In this document: positions 19,196 to 31,200 of the stretch, piece after piece | Layout of the letters: every line of letters begins with the position of its first letter | Numbering within the stretch: position 1 is the first letter of the stretch | NCBI GenBank assembly: GCA_963798485.1 | Contig: CAWCTR010000004.1 | Coordinates: 32,001-96,000, forward strand | Direction of reading: 5' to 3' | Origin: an uncultured delta proteobacterium | GTDB taxonomy: Bacteria > Desulfobacterota > Desulfomonilia > UBA1062 | Length of the DNA: 64,000 bases | The notes under the pieces: generated by a model | What the model was told of the DNA's origin: nothing | Database searches by the model: none | What the model saw: the letters and a program-made list of their open reading frames with translations, nothing else | Position numbers and translations under genes: made by a program

Positions 19196-20353
19196 TTATC
19201 CCCCCGAAGCAACAAGCCGGGCAGGCTGCTCGAGCACATCCAATATCCCCTGGGCGCAGTACACACGGTCGCGCCTGGTCTGCCTGATCTCCTTTACAAT
19301 ACCCAGGCTCACCAGCTTGTCGATGGCCCGTTGGGCGGTGGTGAAGGCAATGCCCAGGTCGCTGGAGAGCTTCTTGGCCGTGATATACGGGTTTGCGGCA
19401 AGGCAGTCCAGTGTCTGGGGCAGCACCCGCGACGGTATCATTGCCACTTCCGAGCGCCACCTGGCCATGAGGTCGTTGATGGTCTCCGCGCGGGTCAATG
19501 CATCTTCTGCCTGGCGCGCAATACCGTTGAAGAAATAGATAAGCCATGCCTCCCAGTTGCCTTCATTGCTGACGCTGCGCAGCCTTTCATAGTAATGGTT
19601 CCGGGTCGCCTCGAAAAATGCGCTCAGATAGAGCATGGGTGTGGGCAATACACCCCGCTCCACCAGGAACAGGGTGATGAGGAGGCGTCCCACCCTGCCG
19701 TTGCCGTCGAGAAAGGGGTGGATCGCCTCGAACTGGTAGTGGGCCAGGGCGATCTGCACCAGGGGCGGCAGTGTCGTATCCTGGAGAAAGGCTTCAAGTC
19801 CTGCCATGCATTCGGCCAGCATGTCCGGAGGGGGCGGCACATAGGTGGCGTCCATGAGCGTGCAGCCCGGCGCGCCGATCCAGTTCTGAGCCCGGCGGAA
19901 CTCGCCCGGTGTGGCATGTTCCCCCCGCACGTCGTGCATAAGCTTCTCGTGGATTTCTAAGATGAGCGGGGTCGAGAGTGAAAGGGTTTTCAACCGCTCG
20001 ATGCCATAGTCGAGCGCTGCCACATAGTTGGCCACCTCCTTGAGGTCATCGGGGCTGCGGTCGACCACGGCCCCTGCATCCGAGGCCAGTATTTCACCCA
20101 GGGTGGCCTGGGTACCCTCGATGCGGCTCGACAGCACCGCCTCGCGGGTAAGGAACGGCCGCATGAGCAGGTGCGGGTTGGCAAGCCTCCCGCCTTCGCC
20201 TGCCAGCCACCCGATGAGCCGGTCTGCCTCGGAAAGGGCGCGGAGCAGCTCAGGAGTCCAGGTGAGCACTGGCGGTAACCTGTCCGGCATGAATGCGGTG
20301 ATGCCGGGCTTGATCTTTACTGCACGCCCCGGGCTTTTTGATGGTTTTGCCAT
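19196..20353 (-). CDS. Fic family protein (class II-like, with C-terminal wHTH)
   Basis: Canonical HPFLDGNGRVGR, N-terminal inhibitory motif SSRIEG, and a C-terminal HTH (ITAKKLSSDLGIAFTTAQRAI). Confidence 0.92.
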   Translation of the reverse strand: MAKPSKSPGRAVKIKPGITAFMPDRLPPVLTWTPELLRALSEADRLIGWLAGEGGRLANPHLLMRPFLTREAVLSSRIEGTQATLGEILASDAGAVVDRSPDDLKEVANYVAALDYGIERLKTLSLSTPLILEIHEKLMHDVRGEHATPGEFRRAQNWIGAPGCTLMDATYVPPPPDMLAECMAGLEAFLQDTTLPPLVQIALAHYQFEAIHPFLDGNGRVGRLLITLFLVERGVLPTPMLYLSAFFEATRNHYYERLRSVSNEGNWEAWLIYFFNGIARQAEDALTRAETINDLMARWRSEVAMIPSRVLPQTLDCLAANPYITAKKLSSDLGIAFTTAQRAIDKLVSLGIVKEIRQTRRDRVYCAQGILDVLEQPARLVASGG

Positions 20354-20507
20354 GGTTCCTCCTTATGTGCAGCAATGAAAATAGCGCAGGCTGCTATTAG
20401 CGATATCGTATGTATTCGAAAATAGCAAGGGTATGTCGGACATAATCAGGTACGCATTACTTTCCCTGATCTCATAAACCACTCAACCCATCGATATTTT
20501 ATTTTAC

Positions 20508-21971
20508 CTGGAGTTTCCTGAGTTTTATCACTGAACAGTAGATAACCTATTGAAATAAAGTAAGAAGCTTATTTTATCAAGATAACAACGTCTAAGCGTA
20601 AAAGATTCCTGAGATTCACCGGCTGATATGGTAGAAAGTAGCTCACATACAGGAGATGGAGACGATATGGCCGGGAACTCCAGGATAGCAGCGGATATAA
20701 AAGGGCAGATAACGAGATTCTCAGGAATCATTTCCAAGGGATTACCCAAGTCGAAGCAGAAGCTCATTCGAGAGATGGTGTATGGGATACAGGCCGGGAA
20801 GGACATCAAGTTGTCCAGTGTGAGTCGTAGCCTGAATGAGGCCATACCCCTGATCAAGACGGAGGACCGGTTATCGAGGAATCTGGATGATCGGGATTTT
20901 ACGGATGCGATCAACCATGAGATATGCCGCCTTGGGAGCACGAAGGTGCTTGATGATATGGTGATAGCCATAGATCCTGGAGATATCCGCAAGAAGTATG
21001 CCTCGAAGATGGAGTGTCTGTGCAAGGTACATGATGGAAGTGAACATGAGATTGGTGAGGGGTACTGGCTCTGCAAAGGGGTGGCCGCGGACATTGAGCA
21101 TAAGAAGGTGATACCGTTGTACCTGGAGGCATATTCGCAGGAAGCCGAGGATTTCAAGAGCGAGAACGATCAGCTCTTCAAAGTGATCGACACTGTGAGC
21201 GCCCATGTGGGGAGCAAAGGTATCTATGCCATCGACCGCGGAGGGGACAGGGGTAAGCTCTATGACAAATTTCTTGAAAAGGGGAAGGCGAAGCGGTTTG
21301 TGATCCGTCTTAAGAAGAACAGAGATCTCATCCATAAAGGCGTCAAAAAGAATTGTCACTTTCTTGCCACGGCCTTGCCCTGTCCGCATGAAGCGGTCAT
21401 GATCAAGTATGAGGAAGGGAAAGAACGCCAGGCAAGCGTTTTCTACAATGCCGTGGCGGTGAAACTACCCGGCCATGATGCTCCGTTGTTTCTCGTGGTG
21501 GCGAAAGGGTTCGGCAAGGAGCCGATGATGCTTTTGACAAGCTGCCCGGTTCACCTGAAGGACCGTGAGACCATCTGGAGAATCATTGAGATATACCTCA
21601 CCCGCTGGAAATGCGATGAATCCTTCAGGTACATCAAGCAGTGCTACAATCTTGAAGATATCCGGGTGCGCCATTACACCAGTATCCGGAACATGGTGGT
21701 CCTTGTCCTTGCCGTCAGCTATTTCGCGGCAGTATATTTAGGGGATAACCTGAGACTCAAAATGCTGGTTGAGAGAGTGTATATCGTATCCAAGAGGTTC
21801 TTCGGCATCCCCACCTTTTTCAATTATGCCATCGCTGATGGGCTCTATAAGCTCCTCTTCTCCGATAAAACCGGATTCAACAAGACGGCAAAACCAAAAT
21901 ATCCCGAGTTCCAACTGTGCTTCAGCTTCCTGGAGTGAGTGGGGTTAATTTGAAAACTCAGGAAACTCCAG
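20508..21971 (+). mobile_element. Complete IS4-family-like insertion sequence (1464 bp)
   Basis: Perfect 19-bp TIRs CTGGAGTTTCCTGAGTTTT (20508-20526) and AAAACTCAGGAAACTCCAG (21953-21971), flanked by the 10-bp direct repeat TTTATTTTAC (20498-20507 and 21972-21981). Confidence 0.93.
20667..21938 (+). CDS. DDE transposase, IS4-like
   Basis: IAIDPGD, AIDRGGD and YLTRWKCDESFRYIKQ (YREK-like). Probable start MAGNSR at 20667, after a GGAG RBS. Confidence 0.9.
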   Translation: MAGNSRIAADIKGQITRFSGIISKGLPKSKQKLIREMVYGIQAGKDIKLSSVSRSLNEAIPLIKTEDRLSRNLDDRDFTDAINHEICRLGSTKVLDDMVIAIDPGDIRKKYASKMECLCKVHDGSEHEIGEGYWLCKGVAADIEHKKVIPLYLEAYSQEAEDFKSENDQLFKVIDTVSAHVGSKGIYAIDRGGDRGKLYDKFLEKGKAKRFVIRLKKNRDLIHKGVKKNCHFLATALPCPHEAVMIKYEEGKERQASVFYNAVAVKLPGHDAPLFLVVAKGFGKEPMMLLTSCPVHLKDRETIWRIIEIYLTRWKCDESFRYIKQCYNLEDIRVRHYTSIRNMVVLVLAVSYFAAVYLGDNLRLKMLVERVYIVSKRFFGIPTFFNYAIADGLYKLLFSDKTGFNKTAKPKYPEFQLCFSFLE

Positions 21972-21984
21972 TTTATTTTACGTA

Positions 21985-22012
21985 TTGACATTTAGGTTAA
22001 TCATATTAATTT
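21985..22012 (+). promoter_or_regulatory. Putative sigma70 promoter of the tpsA-tpsB operon
   Basis: TTGACA (21985-21990), 16-bp spacer, TAATTT (22007-22012); AT-rich 5' region up to the ATG at 22242. Confidence 0.4.
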
Positions 22013-22241
22013 GTTTGTAAGATTTAAGATTACGTTATGGTCACTACATAACCCAAGGCGTTACAGACAAAAAGCTGATTTATAAGAAATAATTCATCTC
22101 CATACTTCAAGATGTTCTTCATGAGTTAAAGTCTAGCGGTATGAATTGGCAATGACAATGCCTGGTGGGGGATTTGAATTTACTCATAATAAAAAAACAG
22201 TATCCCGATTATAAAGGTATATATTTCCGGGGGGGTGAACG

Positions 22242-25200
22242 ATGAGAAACACTCTTGCCAATATGGGGCAAATTGACAGTCTACCAAAAATATCACGAAT
22301 CGTAGCTTATGTGTCTGCCTTACTCATATTTATAATGTTTGCCCCTTTGAGTGTCATGGCAAACCCCTCAGGCGAACAGGTAGTGGCAGGATCCGCCTCT
22401 TTCGGCCGCACCGGGAATACCCTGACTGTAACACAGGGAAGCGAAAGGGCCATCATTAATTGGCAGAACTTTTCCATCCCTGGCGGACAAACCACAAACT
22501 TTGTCCAGCCCGGGATAGCAAGCGCCATTCTCAACCGGGTGGTTTCGAACAATCCTTCCGAGATCTATGGGACCCTGAATGCCAACGGAAAGGTCTATCT
22601 GATCAACCAGAACGGCATTCTCGTCGGACCCGGCGGGGTGATCAACACCGAGAGCTTCATCGGCTCGACCCTCGATGTCGACAACAACCGGTTCATGGCG
22701 GGTGGTGACCTGTCCTTCCTTGGTGACTCTGCTGCCGGAATAAAGGTGCTGGGCAACATCAAGGCAATAGGTGGCGACATATTTCTCATAGCCCGTGATG
22801 TGGAGAACTCGGGCCGGATATCGGCCCAAGGCGGTACGGTAGGCCTGGGGGCCGGCAGCGAGGTGCTCCTTACGGCATCCGGTGACGAGCGGATCTTTAT
22901 CCAGAGCGGTTCCGATACCGGCACACTTGATAATTCCGGCCTGATCGAAGCTGCAGGCGCCGAACTGAAAAGCGCGGGCGGGAATGAATATGCCCTGGCC
23001 ATCAACAACACGGGTGTTATCCATGCAACCGGCACCGAGACCCGGGGCGGACATGTCTGGCTGGTGGCGGACAAAGGGACTGTCCTGAGTAGCGGAGAGA
23101 TAACGGCACACAAGGGGGATGACGGGGGCGAGGTCGGCATCCTCGGCGAACATGTCGGCCTGACCGGCGAAGCCTTAGTGGATGTATCCGGTGCGACAAA
23201 TGGCGGCACCGCCCTTATAGGCGGTGATCTGCATGGGGAGAACCCTGCTGTAGAAAACGCCCAGGAAACCTTTGTAGGCAGCAACGCCGTCATCAAGGCC
23301 GATGCGGGCGTGATGGGCAACGGCGGCAAGGTAATCGTCTGGTCGGATGATACGACCCGGTTCCAGGGGGGCATTTCCGCGAAAGGCGGCTCTTTATCCG
23401 GAAACGGCGGGTTCGTTGAAACCTCCGGGAAAGAATTGCTGAGCTTTAGCGGCATGGTAAATGCCGGTGCGAAGGACGGCACCGAAGGCACCCTGCTGCT
23501 GGATCCGAATAACATCACCGTTGATGCTGCTGGTGCGGCTTTAATAAGCGATGTCGCCGCCTTTACTACAAACCCATCAAGTGATGCCACTATCGCACCG
23601 AGCACCATTACTGCCGTAACGAATACAGGGACTGCTGTCGTCCTGCAGGCAAACAACGACATCACGGTGAACAGCAGCATCATATCCAACAACCCGGCCG
23701 GCAACGGCGGGGATCTCACCTTCCAGGCCGGCAGGAGCATCACGCTCAATGCGAATATAAACTCAGATAATGGCAACGTGATTTTTAAGCTCAATGATGA
23801 GACGGCCCAATCGGCTGACCGTGATGCAGGGGCAGCGACCTTTGTCAACAACAGCCTCGTGGACGCAGGGAGCGGCAATGTGTCCATCACCATGGGGACC
23901 CAGTCCACCAGTGGCAGCATCAATACGGGTCAGATCACGGCCAACAACCTTACCATCACCCATAACGGCCCTACCGCAGGTGCAGACACCGGGCAGATAG
24001 ATCTGGGCGAGGTCGAGATCAACACCAATCTCAATGTTACGGCCAATGCAGATAGGAATGTGGTCAACTCCATCGGCGCGGTGACCGTGCGTGGAGAAGC
24101 GGCCTTCGATGTGGGGGCAGGCGATGTTACCATCAACCGGACAACGACCGACTTCAACATCCTTGCGCTCACTCATGCGGGAAATGTGAACATCTACGAC
24201 GCCAATGCCATGCGCTTCGGCACGAGCAATATCAGCGGTACACTGACTGCAGTAACCAACGGCCCGCTCGCCTCAGTCGGTGCGCTCACGGTGGGCGGCC
24301 TCGCCACCTTCACCGCCAATAACGGCGGATTCGGGTATGCAGACCCATATATAAACCTTTCCTATAGTAATAACTTCCAGGGAGGCATCGCACTGAGTGT
24401 CGCGAGTACCGGACAGACAGGCACCGGCGGCTATGCAACGATCAATAATATCAATGCGATCGCCCTCGGTAATGTAACCCTTGGCGGTTATCTTCAGCTC
24501 ACGGCAGGCGGCAATGTCACCCAGCAGACCGGAACGACCATCACCGTCAACGGCTCTACGTCGATCACTGCAGGCAACGGAACCACGAACTATGATGTGA
24601 CCCTCGACGGTACCAACAACGACTTCGGAGCGAACAATACAGGCCTCTATTACGACTACAACATGCTGAGCATTACCAATGGGAATAACGTCACCATCGT
24701 GGACAAGAACAGGCTGGAATTCGGCACATCAACGATATCCGGCAACCTGTCCGTAACGGCCGGCGGTGACATTTACCAGTACTATTACCCATACTACGAT
24801 GAAGCACCGATCACCGTGGGGGGCACCGCGACGTTCACGGTCACCGCTGCCAACAGCAACCTGCTGCTCGGACCGACACAAAGTTCCTATAACCAGGGCT
24901 ATACAGGGGCGACCAACTCCTTCGGCGGCACGGTGACCATGGCAACATCCGGTGCGGGAAGCTATAGCGACGTGCAAATACGAAATACCAATGCGAATGC
25001 TGCAGTCATTTCAGGCCTGGGCTCCGGGCTGAACAATGTCCTTTTCTATTTTGACAATGCCGCGGCCATCAACCTGCCGGCCATGACCTTGAACGGAAAC
25101 CTCATCGTCGACGTGCCGAACGGAGGCATAACGCAATCCGGGGCTATTGTCGTGAACAACAGCGCAGGAGGCTACGGGTACAGCACATTCCGGGCGAATG

Positions 25201-28200
25201 CGGCCAGTGACATCAACCTCAGCGATGCAGGCAATAATTTCTACTGCGTGACGGTGCGGAACGGCCGTGACGTCACCCTTGTTGATCAGGACGCCATTGA
25301 GCTTTACGGCAACAGCTATGTGTTCAATGTCCAGCGCAACCTCAACGTGACCGCCGGTGGAAATATCACCGACGGGAGCACCTATAACTATTACTACTAT
25401 CTCAATGTGCCCAGCGGAACGACAACACTCAGCGCCGGGTCCGGAAACAACATTACCTTGAGTAATCCCTACGACCGCTTTAACATCGTTGCCATCCCTG
25501 CAGCGAACAACGTGACCATAACCCCGTACTCGAACCTGACGCTCGGCAACTGCACCATCAACGGCGCGCTCTCCCTCACCTCCTCCACAGGTGGAAATAC
25601 CCTGAACCAGAGTTCAGGGACCGCTGTCACCGTCGGAAGCGGCACCACTACCACCTTCAACAACTTCAGCACGGTCAACCTGCCGGAGTCGGGCAACGTT
25701 TTCGGCAATATCGCAACGAACAGCAGCACCATCACCATCCGTGAGAACGACCCCATCACCCAGGCCTCTGCCTGGTCCGCAGGCGGAGCCGTCAGCCTGA
25801 CCACCTCCAATGACCAGGCCATCACTTTAGACCAGGCCAACTACCTGGGCAATCTGACCATCACGCAGATCAACAGCGGAGCAGGCAGTGCGGGCGCCGT
25901 ATATGTCAACGAGACGGCCGACGGCAACGGCATTACCCAGGGCGGCGCCTGGACCGTCCACGGCACTACCACGCTCAATTCCGGGAGCTACTCCATCAAC
26001 CTCAACAACGCAAACAATGTCTTCGGTCCGTTGCAGGTATTGGGCGGCACCGGCGCAAGCCAGTCCGTCACCATCTATGCAAAGGACACCGCCACCACCA
26101 ACGCCATCACCGACGTCGGCGGTACCGGGGCCTGGAACACCGGCACCGGCACCGTCAAACTCATCGCCTACGATACCACCGGCACCACTGCGGGGGGCGG
26201 CACCATCAACCTGACCAATACCGGCAATGTCCTCGGTGACCTATACATCAAGGCCGCGAACGCCACGATAACCGAGAACGACAGTATAACCGACGGCCCC
26301 AGCGCCGTGTGGGATTCCAACAGCGACACAGGCTGGATCACCACCGGAAATACAATCCTTATTGTCGCCAACCCGACGGGTAAATCGATTACGCTCGACA
26401 ACCTGAGCAATCAGCTCGGTCCCGTGGGCCTCGGTGTAGCCGGCGCGGCAGGCACCCTCAACTCGGTTATGATCACCGACAACTCCAACCTTACCCAGGC
26501 CTCGGCCTGGACCGTAGGTGCAGCCCCTGTCACGGTCGATGCGCGCAACCACGCAATCGATCTCAGTACCAGCGGCAATGTGATGGGTGATATCAACATC
26601 AATACCGCCAATGGCGTTCCGACCTCCGTCAGCATCCGCGAGAACGACCCGATCACCCAGGGCAGCGCGTGGGGCCTTCTTGGCGTCCCCATCACCCTGT
26701 ACGCCGAGAACGGCAACAGCATCACGCTTACCCAGGCAGCCAACCAGATGGGCAATCTCACCGTCACCGGCGGAACCGTCAGCATCACCGAGAACGACAA
26801 CATCACCCAGGGCGGGGCATGGACCACCACCGGGACCACCACGCTGGACCCCACCGAACATGCAATCACCCTGACCAACACCGGGAACGTGCTTGGCCCC
26901 CTGGCCATCGGCAGCTCGGCCACCTCGGTCAATATCACCGAGAACGACAACATTACCCAGGCCTCAGCCTGGAGCCTCCCAACAACCCCCATAACCTTGA
27001 ACTCCCAGACCCACGATATCCTGCTGACACAGGCCTCAAATCAGTTGGGCGACCTGACGCTCACGGGACAGAACGTTTCGGTTACGGAGAACCACACCAT
27101 CAGCGACGGCAGCGCCTGGACGGTACCGGGACTGACGACGCTCACCGCAGGAACCAATGCCGTCGTGCTGGACGCCAACCCTGCGAGCGATTTCGGGACC
27201 ATGAAGATCGTTTCCGCCTCCGGTGCGGATATCACGGATGCCAACGGCATCATCTTCGACACGTCCAATGTGACAGGCACCCTGACCGTCACCGCGGCAG
27301 GGGCGATTACCCAGACCGGACCCATCACTGCCGATTCGCTCCGTCTTATCGGCACGGGCTATGCCACACTGACCAATGTCAACAACGACGTGGCGAATAT
27401 TGCTGCCGGATTTTCCGGAGGCGATTTGGCATACACGGATTCGAACGACTTTGCCGTGGCGACCATCGGCGGCACTTCGGGTGTGAATATCGGCGCCCAT
27501 AACGTGACGCTGACCTCCGTAGGCGGCACGGTGACAGGCCTTACCAGTGTCAATGCAAGCAGCAGTTCACTCACGGTCCATACCGGCACTGCGCTCACCC
27601 TGCCGCAGATGACCATCGCCGGAGCCCAGACCTATACGGCAGACGCCGGGGGAATTGACCTCACTGCAGGCATCCTCAGCACTGCATCCGGGCCCATCAC
27701 CTTCAACAGCCCCTTGACCCTCGATGCCGATCTCACGATTCAGTCGTCCAATTCACCGATCACATTCAACAGCACCGTTGCCGGGGCAACCCACCAGCTG
27801 ATCGTGAATGCCGGCAGCAGCGGGACGGTCGATTTCCAGCAGGCCGTGAGCGATCTGGGCATAACATCCAGCGCCAGCACCGCCCTGCAGCTTACTTCGG
27901 GCGGGGCCACCTTCCACAGCACCCTGGCGGCCAACAACGGTCTTAGCATCACCGGACCGGTGGTCTTTATGGATGATGTCACCCTGGCTGACGGCAATGC
28001 CGGTTCGGTATTCGCCGATCATGTGACGCTGGGCAAACTCGGCGGCATGAGCCTTTCCGGGTACGACGGCATGACCTTCAACAACGGCGTGCTGTTGCAG
28101 AGCGGCCCGGCCACGATCAATACCAATGACTCACCCCTTACCTTCCAGACCGCAGGCACCATCCACGGCCCTTACGCACTAACCCTCAATTCAGGCACCC

Positions 28201-31200
28201 AGACCATAACGGGCTTAAGCCGCCTGGGCACCGACCTGACAAGCCTGAACGTGACGGCCAACACGCCGACCATACCGTCGGGTGGTATTTCCATCGCCGG
28301 TCCACAGAGCTACACCGCCACCTCAGGCACAAGCATTGTCCTGAGCGGCAATGTGTCCAGCAGCGCTTCAGGCGCGATCATCTTCAACAGCCCTGTAGCG
28401 CTCAATACCGATTCCACTGTCTCTTCCACCGATTCGGCCATTACCTTTTCAGGCATCGTGGACGGCACCGTGTACGGTTCCCGTGACCTGACAGTCAGCT
28501 CAGGCGCCGGCCTCAAGAACTTCGCCGGCAAAGTAGGCAGCCTCTTTGCCGTAGGCGACGGCACAGGCGCCAGCATCATCCTGCAGGGAAGCGGACTCAC
28601 GACCTTTTCTGATACGGTAGCGACACGCTCCGGTATTACCGCAGCGGGACCGGTCACCTTCCAGAACGATGTAACCATGGCCAACGGTGATACCGGTTCG
28701 ACCTTTAATGGTATGGTGACTCTCGGAGATCCCACCATAAGCGGTTATGACGGGCTGACCTTCAATGCCGGCCTGACCCTGACCGACGAGCCGGTGACCG
28801 TTATCTCCCACGGCAGCACTATCAGCTTCGGCGGGCCCGTGACCGGAGCCCAGGCATTAACACTCAACTCGCTGGAAGGTGGTTCCGGCACGGTAACCGG
28901 GCTTGACCATATCGGGACAGACCTGACCGGGCTGACTATTACCGGCCAGACCTTGAGTCTCCCTGCCGTCGGCCTTGCCATTTCAGGCCCCATGGACTTC
29001 ACCGCCCCGGGAGGGATTACCCTCAATGGTGCGGTAGGCAGTACGTCTGGGCCTGCCACGGGCACGATAGATTTCAAAAGCCCGGTGACCCTGGCCACCG
29101 GAGCGATCAGTGTTTCAAGCGCCGATGCGGCCATAACCTTTGAAGGAACCATTACCGGGGCGGAGAACCTTACCGTCAATGCCGGCACAGCGGCCAAGGA
29201 TTTCAAGGGCAACCTGAGCAACATCGGCACCGGCACCGGTGCTGCAATCACGCTTTCAGGCAGCGGCACGGCCACCTTTGAAGACACGGTGGGAGCCAAC
29301 TCCGGCATGACCGTTCAGGACGGCGGCAATGTCATTTTCCAGAACAATGTTACTTTGGGTAATGGCGATACCGGCTCCGATTTCGGCACCGGGACTCTGA
29401 CCATCGGTCGGAGCAGCGGAACCACGACCCTGAGCGGTTATGACGGATTGACCTTCGGCGGGCCGGTCGTTCTTACAAACGGTCCGGTCAGCATTGTATC
29501 GAACAGCTCCCCCATCGGGTTTAACGGAACGGTTGACGGGGCCCAGAACCTGACCGTCAACTCCGGAACGTCCACGACCATATTCGATGAGGCTGTCGGC
29601 GGGACGACGCCGATCGGCACCGGTATCGGCGTTTCGCTGACCCTTGCAAGCAGCGGCCTCACTACCGTGGGTAGCACCCTGGCCACGGCCTCGGGCATGA
29701 GTGCCGCAGGTCCGGTTGTTTTCAATGACGATGTTACCCTGGGTGACGGCAATACAGCTTCCACCTTCTCAGGCGCCGTAACCATGGGTAAGGCCGGTGG
29801 GATGACCGTCAGCGGTTATGACGGGATCACCTTCGGCGGTGCGGTCACGCTCGCCGGCGGACAGACCACGGTCGACAGCAACAGTTCGGCACTCACCTTC
29901 AACGCCACGATTCAGGGTGGAGAGCCTTTGGTGGCGAACGCCGGCAGCGCTTCATTGCAGTTTAATGCCGAAATCGGAGGCAGCGGCAACCCCCTGGCCT
30001 CCCTCGTTGCAACCGGCAATACCATCGTTGCGAACAAGGTAACCACTACAGGCACCCAGAGTTATACCGCTACGGGAGGATTGACCCTTGAGGACAACCT
30101 TACAAGCGGCAACAGCGATATCACCATAACCGGCCCTACCACCTTAGGCGGCGATGTGACCATTTCGACCGGCCCCGGGGCAGGGAACATCGACTTTTCC
30201 GGTGTGACCAGCACCATTGATGGCGCCCACAACCTGGTATTGAGCGCCGGAACCGGCGATGTAATCCTTGACGGCGTTGTCGGCGGGATTACGCCCCTGA
30301 CCTCCATCACCATATCCGGTAACAATCTGAGGCTGCCGCTGATTTCGGCTGCCACCCAGACCTATTCGGCCTTGAATGACCTGACACTCAGCCAGAGCCG
30401 TACATCCAGCGGCCCCATGACCTTTAGGGCCGACTCGGACAATGATGGCAACGGTTCATTTATTTTGCTGAACGGGGTGGCGCTGTCTTCCTCAAATCAG
30501 CCCATCACGATTACCGCAGCGGATCTGGACCTGCAGGGGAACAGTTCGATCAGTTCCGGCAGTGGTTTGATTACGATCACTGCAACGAACGACCGCAATA
30601 TCTATCTCGGCGGTACGGATGCGCCCGGCCAGTTGACCATAACAGGCAGCGAGCTCAGCCGTATCGACACCTCGGGCGGGCTCGACCTCAAGACCACCGG
30701 CATAGGGTGGATCAAGGCGAGCGGGATTGCCCCGACCGACAGCCAGAATATAACGGGCGTACTCGGGTTCAAGGCACAGGGGAGTGGCGATGTCAGCTTC
30801 ACCGTCTCGCCGTCGACCTTCAACGCCGTCACGGCGCAGTCGGGCAGCGGCACCATCAATATCGACACAGACCTGACCACAACCGATGACCCGATTACGT
30901 TTGCAACAAAGGGTGCAGTTACCAGTGCTGCCACGGTAAACAGCGGCGGAGGCGCCATTGCCTTCGAAAACACCCTCGAGGTTGACAATCCGCTTACCCT
31001 GACGACAGGCGGCGGAGCCCTCTCATTCGGGGGCAGTGTGAACGGCGCCTCGACACTTGCAATCAACCTAGGCAGCGGCTCCGTGACCGGTCTCGATCAA
31101 TTGCAGAGCGCCTTGACCGGGCTGACCTTGAGCAATACCGGTTCGGTGACACTCCCGGCCATCACTATCAACGGCCCGCAGGTATACAACGGACCGGTAT

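Noticed and set aside
18863-19287. C-terminal part of the 442-aa ORF 17959..19287
   Set aside because: Out-of-frame read-through after the frameshift; it runs across the REP-like element into the fic gene.
19196-21971. fic plus IS as a composite transposon or toxin-antitoxin island
   Set aside because: The TIRs and TSD enclose only the transposase; the Fic protein has its own inhibitory motif and no antitoxin ORF is evident.
21990-22241. c-di-GMP riboswitch in the tpsA leader
   Set aside because: No GEMM-type GGCAAA/GAAA-tetraloop architecture recognisable by eye; an Rfam scan would be decisive.
24330-25530. Diversity-generating retroelement target (Tyr/Asn-rich segments)
   Set aside because: No reverse transcriptase and no template/variable repeat pair seen in the window.
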